The notes beneath the pieces are model-generated. The model worked only from the letters and a program-made list of their open reading frames with translations, had not been told where the DNA came from and ran no database searches. Below are positions 9,553-18,310 of a stretch of DNA of 24,291 nucleotides, piece by piece (position 1 is the stretch's first letter; every line of letters begins with the position of its first letter). Source of the stretch: a virus (Duplodnaviria; Caudoviricetes). The stretch spans positions 1-24,291 of IMG/VR virus record IMGVR_UViG_3300037419_000644. One strand, 5' to 3'. The translations under genes were made by a program, and so were the position numbers.

Positions 9553-11445
9553 ATGCCTTTCCAAATCTCACCAGGTATTGTAACAACTGAAACCTCTCTG
9601 GCTGGTATCGTCCCTTCGGTAGCAACCACAGGTGGTGCTTTCGTTGGTGACTTCCTATGGGGTCCTGTACTAGAACCAAAGTTGATTTCCAATGAAGTAA
9701 CATTGGTTAATACTTTTGGCAAGCCTGGCGCAAACAACTACGAATCATTCTTCTCCGCAGCAAATTTCTTGGGCTACGGTAACAACCTACGTGTCGTCCG
9801 TGTCATTGATAGTGCTGCACGTAACGCAACTGCAACTGGAAATACTGGCGTTGTTATACGTAATCAAGCGGATTATGAAGCAAACGCAAAGTCAAGCCAG
9901 ATTTCTACACAGGCCGGTCTAACTACCGCTCGTTATCCAGGTGTTCTAGGTAACAACCTTAAGGTATCTCTATGCCCTGGTGCGAATGCTTATTCAAACA
10001 CACTAACAGCAACAGCAAACGTAACTGCTGGAAATACCGCTATTATCTTCTCAGCAAACGTTGCAACAGTCCTAACTACTGGTGACTATATCGCTATCGG
10101 TAATAACTCAAAACTCCAGGTTTCCGCTGTAAATAACACAAACGTAACTGTCGCTCTTTCTCCAACATTTTCAGCAACAGCAAACACCGTTGTTCGCTCT
10201 TGGGAGTATTCTGCTCAGTTCAATGGTGCTCCAGGCACTTCCGACTATGTAAGCACACGTGGCGGCTCCGCCGACGAATTGCACATGGTTGTTGTTGATG
10301 CTACTGGCGCAATCACAGGTACCGCTGGCACAATCCTTGAAAAGTATTCAAACCTTTCAAAGGCTTCCAATGCTCTAAACAACGATGGTACAGCAAACTT
10401 CTATGTAGAAGCTTTGGAACGTCAGTCCCAGTATGTATTCTGGACTTCACACCCAACTGGTGCCACAAATTGGGGTAATGACGCAACAACAACTTTCACT
10501 ACAGTCGCTCGTCCAGTTACACTGACAATGGCTGGTGGTGTTGATTCCGGCACTCCAACAACAGGTCAAATCGAATCAGGTTACGACCTATTCCTAAATG
10601 CTGACCTATACGATATCGGATTGGTCGTCACTGGTCCATGGGGAGCAACAGTCGGGGCCTATGTCATCAACAACTTGGCTGAAGTCCGTAAGGATTGCGT
10701 AGCATTCGTATCTCCAGCTAAGACAGACGTTGTTCAACAGGTTGGAAACGAAGTCGATAATGTCATAGCATGGCGTAACAGCCTTCCTCTATCCTCATCT
10801 TATGGTGTAGCTGATAGCGGTTGGAAGTATCAATACGACAAGTACAATGACCTATATCGTTGGATCCCTCTAAACCCCGACATTGCTGGTCTATGTGCAA
10901 GAACAGACATGACCAACGATCCATGGTGGTCTCCAGCCGGTATCACACGTGGTCAAATCAAGAATGTCGTCAAACTTGCTTGGAATCCTAACCAGGCAGA
11001 ACGCGACCTTCTATATCCAAATGGCGTCAATCCAGTTGTCACTTTCCCTAATGAAGGTACAATCCTGTTTGGTGACAAGACCATGTTGGCAAAACCAGAC
11101 GCATTCGACAGAATCAACGTCCGTCGTCTTTTCATCGTTCTAGAAAAGTCTATCTCCAAGGCTTCTCGTACAGAGCTATTCGAGTTCAACGATGACTTCA
11201 CAAGAGCAGGCTTCAAGTCAATGATTGAGCCTTTCCTACGTGACGTTAAGGGCCGTCGTGGTATCACCGACTTCTTGGTAATCTGCGATACTACAAACAA
11301 CACACCACAGGTTATCAACTCAAACAACTTCGTTGGTACCATCATTGTACGTCCAGCACGTTCAATCAACTTCATCACACTTTCCTTTGTTGCGGCTCCG
11401 GAGGGAATCGCCTTCGAGGAAATTGTGGGCACTGGAGCCTTCTAA
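9553..11445 (+). CDS. gp18: tail sheath protein gp18
   Basis: MPFQISPGI...E; G.F.WGP; FGKP; FFSAANFL.YGN.L.VVRV; ARYPG.LGN; R.DC.AF.SP; YDKYND.YRWIPLN.DIAGLCARTD; PWWSPAG..RG; FDRINVRRLF; FEFND.FTR. Confidence 0.98.
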   Translation: MPFQISPGIVTTETSLAGIVPSVATTGGAFVGDFLWGPVLEPKLISNEVTLVNTFGKPGANNYESFFSAANFLGYGNNLRVVRVIDSAARNATATGNTGVVIRNQADYEANAKSSQISTQAGLTTARYPGVLGNNLKVSLCPGANAYSNTLTATANVTAGNTAIIFSANVATVLTTGDYIAIGNNSKLQVSAVNNTNVTVALSPTFSATANTVVRSWEYSAQFNGAPGTSDYVSTRGGSADELHMVVVDATGAITGTAGTILEKYSNLSKASNALNNDGTANFYVEALERQSQYVFWTSHPTGATNWGNDATTTFTTVARPVTLTMAGGVDSGTPTTGQIESGYDLFLNADLYDIGLVVTGPWGATVGAYVINNLAEVRKDCVAFVSPAKTDVVQQVGNEVDNVIAWRNSLPLSSSYGVADSGWKYQYDKYNDLYRWIPLNPDIAGLCARTDMTNDPWWSPAGITRGQIKNVVKLAWNPNQAERDLLYPNGVNPVVTFPNEGTILFGDKTMLAKPDAFDRINVRRLFIVLEKSISKASRTELFEFNDDFTRAGFKSMIEPFLRDVKGRRGITDFLVICDTTNNTPQVINSNNFVGTIIVRPARSINFITLSFVAAPEGIAFEEIVGTGAF

Positions 11446-11454
11446 TACTATATC

Positions 11455-12039
11455 ATGATTATTTCAGAGAAGGTGGAAGTAACAATATCAAACCAAGGGA
11501 AGTATTATTCTTCCCTTGGTTACAAAGATACTAAACAAGGCACTAAAATAATAGTACCAATTGAACATTTATTAAAAAATTCTAATATTAAAGTTGAATG
11601 TCAATGTGATCAATGTGATTCAATATTCTGGAGACAATATCAATTAGTAAGAAAAGAAGGTAAACTCAATTTAGGACTATTATGTTTTGATTGTGCCAGA
11701 AAAGAAATAGGCGTTCAATCGGATAAGACTAATGCAAAAATTGCAAATAGTAAAAGAACTGGTGTTAAACATCCACGTTGGAATCCTAATAAAAGTGAAT
11801 TTGTTAAATTTGCCAATCAAGTAAGATGGTTAAGTGAAAAGAAATATATTGAATATAAAGATATTATCAATCCACACGACTACCCAAGAACATTATGTGG
11901 TGTTGAAGGTGGTTATCAGTTAGACCATATTATTTCCATCAAAAGAGGTTTTTTGACAGGTCTTAATCCAGAATTTTTAGCAGAAGTAAATAATCTGCGA
12001 ATGGTTCCATGGAAAGTAAATCGTGATAAGTGGTACTAA
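11455..12039 (+). mobile_element. free-standing HNH endonuclease (C-terminal HNH, N-terminal CxxC zinc motifs)
   Basis: CDQC...CFDC; G.KHPRWNP; YQLDHIISIK.GF...NNLRMVPW.VN..K; AT-rich insertion between gp18 and gp19. Confidence 0.8.
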
Positions 12040-12046
12040 CCCACCG

Positions 12047-12054
12047 CATAAATA
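12047..12054 (+). promoter_or_regulatory. late promoter CATAAATA upstream of gp19
   Basis: One mismatch to consensus, followed by SD AAGGAG and ATG 12078. Confidence 0.7.
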
Positions 12055-12077
12055 TTCTCGCAAGGAGTTATAAACAA

Positions 12078-12659
12078 ATGCCTTTTAATATTTCAAACTT
12101 CAGATCAGAACTACAATATGACGGCGCAAGAGCGAACCTCTTCGAAGTCACAATGCAGTTCCCTATTCTCCTTGGTAATTCCGATGCTGCAAGAAAGCTG
12201 ACTTTCATGTGTAAGTCAGCCTCTCTGCCTGGTGTGTCCGTTGGAACTGTTCCAATGTACTACTTTGGTCGTGAGCTAAAGTTTGCTGGCAACAAGAATT
12301 TCCAGGATTGGTCAATCACAATCATCAATGACGAAGACTTTCTGGTCCGTAACGCATTCGAAGAATGGTCAGACGGCATCAATCGTCACGTCGAAAACCT
12401 AAGAACACTTGGCAATAATCCAAATTCTTATCAGGTTGATATGCAAGTTGTCCAGTACGGTAAGTCTGGTAACGGCATCAAGGGTTACAACCTAGTTGGT
12501 TGCTGGCCTACTGACATTTCAACTATCGATTTGGATTGGGGTACAAACGACACAATCGAAGATTTCACTGTTACTCTAGCATACCAGTGGTGGGAAGCGT
12601 ATGGTCCGTCTGGGGTGCAAATCACAGATGGTGAATCCTCACCTGTCGTGTTGCCTTAA
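12078..12659 (+). CDS. gp19: tail tube protein gp19 (start moved to ATG 12078)
   Basis: GARANLFEV; F.CKSASLP; YFGRELK.AG...F..W.ITIINDEDF..RNAFE.W; WPT.IS.IDL.W...DTIE.F.VT..YQWW. Confidence 0.97.
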   Translation: MPFNISNFRSELQYDGARANLFEVTMQFPILLGNSDAARKLTFMCKSASLPGVSVGTVPMYYFGRELKFAGNKNFQDWSITIINDEDFLVRNAFEEWSDGINRHVENLRTLGNNPNSYQVDMQVVQYGKSGNGIKGYNLVGCWPTDISTIDLDWGTNDTIEDFTVTLAYQWWEAYGPSGVQITDGESSPVVLP

Positions 12660-12675
12660 TCTTTTATTTTTTATC

Positions 12676-13338
12676 ATGTTGTGTACAATCTACAAAGCAA
12701 CTAACAAAATTAATGGCAAATCATACATTGGTTTTGATAGTAATTGGCCAAGGCGGCAAATAGAACACAAGTCTAATGCCGCCTTGGCTCGCGATGCTAC
12801 ACACTTTCATAAAGCCATCCGTAAACATGGTTGGGATAATTTTGTTTGGGAAATTGTCTGTCAATTTCCAGACAAAAATTATACATTAAAGGTATTGGAA
12901 CCATATTTCATCAAGTATTATGATACATACGAAAATGGATATAATCTAACACATGGTGGTGATGGTAATCCTGGTTATAAATGGTCAACTGAAATGACCG
13001 AGTATATGAGAAAAATTATGACAGGTAAGAAACAATCAAAAGAAACACTGAAAAAGAAAAGCCTGGCTGCCAAAGGAAGAAAATTGTCTCAAGATCACAT
13101 TTTAAATACTTCTATTGGTCTCATAAAGAGATATGAAACTGAAAACCAAGAAAAAATTTTGGTAAATACAAAATATGGGTCAGTTATGTTTGGCTCATTT
13201 AGGTCTGCCGAAAGATCATTAAAAAATGGTTCAAAATGTGACCTTCATTGGTGCTTCCGTTTCTATAGAAAAAATGATCGTCTTCCACCAAAATTATTAA
13301 ATGAAGGTTTCATCATTAGCGTAGAAAGAGTTGCCTAA
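12676..13338 (+). mobile_element. free-standing GIY-YIG (Seg-like) homing endonuclease with NUMOD3-like region
   Basis: TIYKATNKINGKSYIG; R..EH; F..AIRKHGW.NF.WEI; LE..FI..YDT..NGYNLT.GG.G. Start ATG 12676 lies after the gp19 stop. Confidence 0.9.
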
Positions 13339-15047
13339 TGGCTGGCATAAAGTTATTTGGTTACGAGCTAATAAAGACTAAGCAGGAAGAGGCTAACTCC
13401 TCTCCTTCCCTTAAGTCTTTTGTTGGTCCGGAAAACGATGATGGTGCTATTACAATCCAATCGGGTGCCGGGGGATTCTCCGGCACCTTTCTTGACTTGG
13501 ATGGTGTCATCAAGAATGAGCAAGAGCTTATTGTACGTTATCGTGAAATGGCTCAACAGCCCGAAGTTGAGTCGGCAATTGACGATATCTGCAATGAAGC
13601 CATTGTCCATGACGACGAAGGTAAGACCGTTTCGTTGGTCATGGATCAATTGGATGACTATGATGAAACAGTAAAGAAGGCCATTCGCGACGAGTTTGAC
13701 AATGTTCTGAGATTGTTGGATTTCTCCAACCAAGGTTATGATATCTTTCGCCAATGGTATGTAGATGGTCGTATCTTCTACCATGTCATCGTGGATGAAG
13801 CCAATCGGGATGAAGGTATCAAAGAAGTAAGATTTATTGATCCTCGCAGGATCAAAAAGATTCGTGAAATCCAGAAGGTGAAAGACCCACGTACTGGAAT
13901 GGACATGGTTGGTAAAGTCCAGGAATACTATCTGTTCAATGAGTATGGAACTCCTGGTAAGAACAATTCTGGGGCTAATGGCACTGTAGGCAAGATTGCC
14001 AAAGACTCTGTGGTCTCTATCACTTCTGGTCTTGTTGACCCGAAACGTGGACTCGTTATTGGTTTCTTGAACAAGGCTATCAAGCCTGCCAACAACCTTA
14101 GAATGATTGAAGATGCTTCTGTCATTTATCGTTTGGCAAGAGCACCTGGTCGTCGTGCGTGGTATTTCGACGTAGGTGGCATGAGTTCCAAGAAAGCTGA
14201 AGAATATGTAAATTCGATGATGGTGAAATATCGTAATCGTCTTCAATATGATTCGTCTACAGGTGAAATCAAAGACGATAGACGCCATATTTCAATGCTT
14301 GAAGACTTCTGGTTGGCACGTAAGGATGGTAAACAAACCACCGAGATCGTTACACTTCCAGAAGGTGCTAATCTTGGTAACATGGAAGACGTGGAATATT
14401 TCCTCCGTAAGCTATATTCTGCATTGGGTGTTCCACTTTCTCGTTTGCAGCCAGGTCAGCCCTTCTCTATGGGCTACAACAATGAAATCTCTCGCGATGA
14501 ATTGAAGTTCTCGAAATTCATTGATCGTCTTAGAAATCGTTTCTCTCACCTATTCGATGAACTACTTCGCCAGCAATTGATCTTGAAAAAGGTCTGTAAT
14601 GCCGAAGAATGGGAAGATATCCGCGAACGTCTGCATTATGACTTTTTGCGTGACAATAACTTTACCGAGTTGAAAGAAAGCCAATTGTTGCAGAATCGTC
14701 TCCAGATTCTAACTTCAATCTCTCCTTATGTTGGTGTGTATTTCTCTCAGAAATGGATCAAGACGAACGTTCTTCGCTTCGATGACGAGGACATTGAACA
14801 AATGGATGAAGAAATCGAGGAAGAGGGTTCACAACCACCACCACCAGGAGCAGAGGGACAAATTGATCCTCAGACTGGAATGCCATTTGAAATGGGTTCA
14901 GACGGTACTCCAACACAAAGCGGTGCAATGCCTAGTGAACCAGGTGAACCAGCTTTTGGACAGAACAATTCATCAAATGACTACAAGCCAAAGCTTCGTA
15001 GGAATAAGAAATATGGCGAAGAACCAAAAAGTCCGTTTGACAAGTAA
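13338..15047 (+). CDS. gp20: portal vertex protein gp20
   Basis: LI.RYREMA..PEV.SAI.DI.NEAIV; FRQWYVDGRI; IDPR.IKK.RE; AIKPAN.LRM.EDA.VIYRLARAP.RR..Y.DVG; EDFWL.R; ISRDELKFSKFI.RLR; DN.F.ELKE. Confidence 0.98.
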   Translation: MAGIKLFGYELIKTKQEEANSSPSLKSFVGPENDDGAITIQSGAGGFSGTFLDLDGVIKNEQELIVRYREMAQQPEVESAIDDICNEAIVHDDEGKTVSLVMDQLDDYDETVKKAIRDEFDNVLRLLDFSNQGYDIFRQWYVDGRIFYHVIVDEANRDEGIKEVRFIDPRRIKKIREIQKVKDPRTGMDMVGKVQEYYLFNEYGTPGKNNSGANGTVGKIAKDSVVSITSGLVDPKRGLVIGFLNKAIKPANNLRMIEDASVIYRLARAPGRRAWYFDVGGMSSKKAEEYVNSMMVKYRNRLQYDSSTGEIKDDRRHISMLEDFWLARKDGKQTTEIVTLPEGANLGNMEDVEYFLRKLYSALGVPLSRLQPGQPFSMGYNNEISRDELKFSKFIDRLRNRFSHLFDELLRQQLILKKVCNAEEWEDIRERLHYDFLRDNNFTELKESQLLQNRLQILTSISPYVGVYFSQKWIKTNVLRFDDEDIEQMDEEIEEEGSQPPPPGAEGQIDPQTGMPFEMGSDGTPTQSGAMPSEPGEPAFGQNNSSNDYKPKLRRNKKYGEEPKSPFDK

Positions 15048-15285
15048 GATCATCGAACACCGTGATAGAGCTACCGACCATTTCATTGCGGAAGGCTTAG
15101 GTGATTGGCTGAAACCGGGTTACAAAGGCACTGCCGATATCAAGCGTAGACGCCAACAACACTTGGCTAATAAGTATGTGTATAAGACCGATAAAGAAGG
15201 TACTTTCAAGTTTCATCATCATAACAGAGCGGCACAACGATATGGTCGTCTAGCTGCTGGTAAGAAACCATTTCAAGAAGGATAA
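15013..15285 (+). CDS. small basic protein (90 aa), candidate internal head protein
   Basis: ATG 15013 with AGGA upstream, overlapping the gp20 3' end; contains FIAE (end of the T4 capsid-targeting sequence) followed by a K/R/H-rich segment. Confidence 0.6.
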   Translation: MAKNQKVRLTSKIIEHRDRATDHFIAEGLGDWLKPGYKGTADIKRRRQQHLANKYVYKTDKEGTFKFHHHNRAAQRYGRLAAGKKPFQEG

Positions 15286-15289
15286 GAAA

Positions 15290-16036
15290 ATGAGCAGTAA
15301 AGATATCATCGACCATCTATACAATGGTGATTTGGATCAGATGCGTGAAGCATTCCATCAAACAATGCTTCCTCATGTCGCCAACATGCTTGAAACAAAG
15401 AAGCTTGAAGTAGCTTCAAAGATGATTGGAGATGGGGAACCTGTCAGTGAAGAGGTTCTAGCAGAAATTTCAAAGAAGACACTTGGCTCATATGTAAAGA
15501 AATCTGCCGAAAATATGGCTGCTGGTGAAAGTGACAAAGAAACATATCGCAAGTATCCGGTTGCCAGAAAAGAAGCTGAAAAACAGGTTGAAAAGCGCCG
15601 CACTGGAATTGAACGCGCCGTTAAAAAACTAACCAAAGAAGAAATGGAAACAATCATTGATGCTTTGGATGAAGAAACATTGACAGAACTATCAAAAGGT
15701 ACACTTAAGTCATATGTTCATAAAGCTTCAATGGATATGGTTAAAAATAATCATCTAGCAACATCACCTTTTAAAGGTAAAGGGTACGCAAAAAATAAGG
15801 TTGCAGAAAGAAAGTTTGGTAATAGAGTCGATGGTGTCAAAAAAGCCTTTAATAAAGTTACCAAAGAAGAAGTAGAAGAATTCCTAGGTACTTTAACTCA
15901 GGAAGAAATTGAAAATCTTCAGGAACTATCTTCCAAGAAACTTCTTCAGTACACAGCCAAGGCTGGTTACGATACCAAGAAAGATCGTGAAAAGGGTATT
16001 GACAAGGCTACAAAGAAGCTATCAAAAGACGAATAA
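15290..16036 (+). CDS. gp67: gp67-like prohead core protein fused to three copies of a basic repeat module
   Basis: N-terminal 47 aa (IIDHLYNGDL.QMREAF...M...VANMLETKKLEVASKM) matches the gp67 pattern and position; followed by 3 E[IL]S..TL.SY..K repeats. Confidence 0.65.
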   Translation: MSSKDIIDHLYNGDLDQMREAFHQTMLPHVANMLETKKLEVASKMIGDGEPVSEEVLAEISKKTLGSYVKKSAENMAAGESDKETYRKYPVARKEAEKQVEKRRTGIERAVKKLTKEEMETIIDALDEETLTELSKGTLKSYVHKASMDMVKNNHLATSPFKGKGYAKNKVAERKFGNRVDGVKKAFNKVTKEEVEEFLGTLTQEEIENLQELSSKKLLQYTAKAGYDTKKDREKGIDKATKKLSKDE

Positions 16037-16066
16037 GGTTCCTCGCGTAAAGGAGTAATTTTCCAG

Positions 16067-16354
16067 ATGAAAACATTCGAACAAATTCAAGAAGAAATTT
16101 TATCCGAATTGTCTGGCAAAACTCTTGTTGGTTATATCCAGAAAGCTACCGCGGAAGGTGACAAACAAAATAAGATCGCTCAAGGGCATATGAAAACCTT
16201 ACATAAGCTTCGCATGATTGACAACAAACTGGAAGACCCCAAGAACAAAGAATACTATACACAAACCCATGCTCATGCTCGTAAAGCCGTGAGCAAGCAT
16301 TTTAGAAGAACTGCTGGCTTGAAGCGAGCATATAGAAGTTTGGAGAAGAAATGA
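16067..16354 (+). CDS. candidate internal head protein; capsid-targeting-like N-terminus plus one repeat module
   Basis: MKTFEQIQEEILSE then LSGKTLVGYIQKA...RTAGLKRAY; SD AAGGAG. Confidence 0.7.
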   Translation: MKTFEQIQEEILSELSGKTLVGYIQKATAEGDKQNKIAQGHMKTLHKLRMIDNKLEDPKNKEYYTQTHAHARKAVSKHFRRTAGLKRAYRSLEKK

Positions 16355-16575
16355 AAATGTTAAATCAAATCCAGGAAGAAATCTTGAATGAGATTAGCTT
16401 CGACAAAATGACCGAATATACGAAAAAAGCCTATGCAAGTCGTGAAAAGGCCGGACAGAGAGCCCGCGCATTCGACAATGCAACAGCGAAAGAGGGTACC
16501 AAAACTTATAATAAAAGAGAAAAAGGTTTGAAACTTCTTCATAAGAGATCAAAGGGCTTTTACGGCGAAAAATAA
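16351..16575 (+). CDS. candidate internal head protein; paralog of the preceding ORF
   Basis: MKMLNQIQEEILNE then ISFDKMTEYTKKA...REKGLKLL; ATGA overlap; SD GGAG. Confidence 0.7.
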   Translation: MKMLNQIQEEILNEISFDKMTEYTKKAYASREKAGQRARAFDNATAKEGTKTYNKREKGLKLLHKRSKGFYGEK

Positions 16576-16580
16576 TCATC

Positions 16581-16766
16581 ATGAAGACATTCTGGCAACT
16601 TCTGGAAGAAATGAAGGTAACTAAAGAATCTGTAGACTACTCCAAGGGTATGCCAGAAAGTCATTGTGGTATCTGCGATCATTATAAATCACCAAATGCC
16701 TGCGAAAGAGTAAAAGGTAAAATCAACACAAATATGTGGTGCAAACTGTTCAAGAAAGAAGATTAG
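16581..16766 (+). CDS. HiPIP-like (high-potential iron-sulfur) 4-Cys protein with capsid-targeting-like N-terminus
   Basis: MKTFWQLLEE leader, then K.SV.Y(20)...HC29-x2-C32-x8-C41..V.G.I....WC54..F. Confidence 0.65.
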   Translation: MKTFWQLLEEMKVTKESVDYSKGMPESHCGICDHYKSPNACERVKGKINTNMWCKLFKKED

Positions 16767-16769
16767 ATC

Positions 16770-17264
16770 GTGAAAACCTTAAGCCAACTACTGTCAGAAA
16801 CGAGACATGAAAAGGTGCAAGAACAGACACCACCTGTTTCTATGGTAGAGGCAACAGACGTAATTACACCAGATCAACTATACCACGATTTCGATGTTGA
16901 TGGAGATGGTGTTGTATCTGTAGACGACTATGCATCAAAGATTCTTTGGCATGAGACTCATCCCGGAAAGTTGGAATGGATTATGGGTAATATGGACGGT
17001 GTCCATTTGGAACATGCTGCAAGCGAAGATTCATCATGTGCCGTTTCTCTTCATGAAGACTATGATAGAAGGGTCGAAACAGAGAATTTGGATGAAAATA
17101 CCAAAGGTTCTTTGATGCCACCGTCAATGATCGTAATGAAACGTGTTGCTATCCGACAATATCCCAATGGTCAGAAGGTGGCTCTTTACTACGCCAAGAC
17201 AATTAATAAATATTTGACAGTTCCCTACAACGACATTGGTATCGCAGACTTAACGAAGGAATGA
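16770..17264 (+). CDS. candidate head protein with capsid-targeting-like N-terminus, EF-hand-like loop and conserved C-terminal domain (GTG start)
   Basis: MKTLSQLLSE; DVDGDGVVSVDD; C-terminal PP.MIVMKR.AIR.YP.GQKVALYY...INKY.TVPY resembles ORFs found between gp20 and gp21 in environmental T4-like phages. Confidence 0.65.
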   Translation: MKTLSQLLSETRHEKVQEQTPPVSMVEATDVITPDQLYHDFDVDGDGVVSVDDYASKILWHETHPGKLEWIMGNMDGVHLEHAASEDSSCAVSLHEDYDRRVETENLDENTKGSLMPPSMIVMKRVAIRQYPNGQKVALYYAKTINKYLTVPYNDIGIADLTKE

Positions 17265-17269
17265 TCTAA

Positions 17270-17863
17270 ATGACTCTACAAATTGGTAGCCTAGTACGCC
17301 CAACGGCAGGGCCACACAAAAACCAGGTCCATGAAGTTGTCCATATTTTCGAAGATGGACATGCAAACATTCGCCCTGTAGAAGGCGAATGCTTGTATGA
17401 AGATGGATTGGTTACATGTGATCCAAAACTCCTTCAAGAAGAATTCATTGTTGAAGAATACCAGGAGCCCTATGGACACTGGTTTACGTCCATGTCTGAA
17501 AAGCAAAAGACGGCCTATCGCAAGAATCATCCAGATGCCCAAGGCACTTATGGTCATGCTCCTGGATCAGTCAAGCATTATAGGGCACTGTCACAGGCAC
17601 ATGAGAAATATGCCGACTTTCATAAAGATCGTTTGGAACATCATGAAGACAAGCGCCATGCAGAATCACAGAAAACCAAACCAGACTATGAAGCAATGGA
17701 TCATCATTCTAGTGCAAGACATGGACATGCTACAGAATTCCATAATCATACGATGGCAGCAGCACATTATGGCTCTCTAGCTCGCGGCGGGTCTCCAAGT
17801 TATGACAAATGGATTCCAAAGCGTCATAATGAAGTCTCACCCGCAGAACCAGCAAGGTATTAA
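17270..17863 (+). CDS. hypothetical protein: KOW/SH3-like N-terminus, His-rich helical C-terminus
   Basis: IGSLVRPTAGPHKNQVHEV; LLQE/FIVE linker; 21 His in 197 aa. Confidence 0.6.
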   Translation: MTLQIGSLVRPTAGPHKNQVHEVVHIFEDGHANIRPVEGECLYEDGLVTCDPKLLQEEFIVEEYQEPYGHWFTSMSEKQKTAYRKNHPDAQGTYGHAPGSVKHYRALSQAHEKYADFHKDRLEHHEDKRHAESQKTKPDYEAMDHHSSARHGHATEFHNHTMAAAHYGSLARGGSPSYDKWIPKRHNEVSPAEPARY

Positions 17864-17866
17864 TAA

Positions 17867-18310
17867 ATGCCAATTTCCAATACACAAATCCTTCTAGATA
17901 CCCAGAAACGCACCGTTGTTAAGGTAACGGGTTCTGGAACTGATGTTGCAAACACGACAATCATTAATGCCAATACATTGAATGGGGCCATTTCTGGTCT
18001 TGGATATCACGAGGTTGATGTTCGCAAGATCATCTATTCAATCACAGATGGTGGTGGTTATGTCAAACTTTATTGGCAGGGTGCGTCCGCCAACGTCGAT
18101 ATGGTAAACATCACAGGTCAAGGTGTTCTAGAATTCCAGCCAGAAGCAATGGTATTGAATAACAATGCTACCAATCCATCTGGAAATATTGGATTTTCAA
18201 CAACTGGTATGTCTGCAAACTCCGCATATACTGTAATCCTTGATTTGAGAAAGAATACCGCACACTTCGATCCAGGTTCAGCACTTGACCCAGCCGCTTT
18301 CAACAGATGA
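17867..18310 (+). CDS. conserved beta-rich virion protein upstream of gp68/gp21
   Basis: TQIL.DT.KR.V.K.TG; I.YS; L.W.G; N.SG.I...T.G.....AYT.IL.LRK...HFD.G...DPAAFN is a pattern I recognise from this locus in T4-like phages. Confidence 0.65.
   Translation: MPISNTQILLDTQKRTVVKVTGSGTDVANTTIINANTLNGAISGLGYHEVDVRKIIYSITDGGGYVKLYWQGASANVDMVNITGQGVLEFQPEAMVLNNNATNPSGNIGFSTTGMSANSAYTVILDLRKNTAHFDPGSALDPAAFNR

Noticed and set aside
13368-14288. 306-aa minus-strand ORF opposite the portal gene
   Set aside because: Antisense shadow of a conserved, codon-biased gene; no motif or RBS. The same applies to 10953-11432 and 19844-20347.
14728-15012. Long N-terminal extension of the 14728-15285 ORF
   Set aside because: It overlaps the conserved gp20 C-terminus; ATG 15013 with an SD-like AGGA is the more plausible start.
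7157-15047. Inteins or group I introns in gp17, gp18 or gp20
   Set aside because: The ORFs are continuous and of ordinary length, with no intein splice motifs; the endonucleases lie between genes, not within them.
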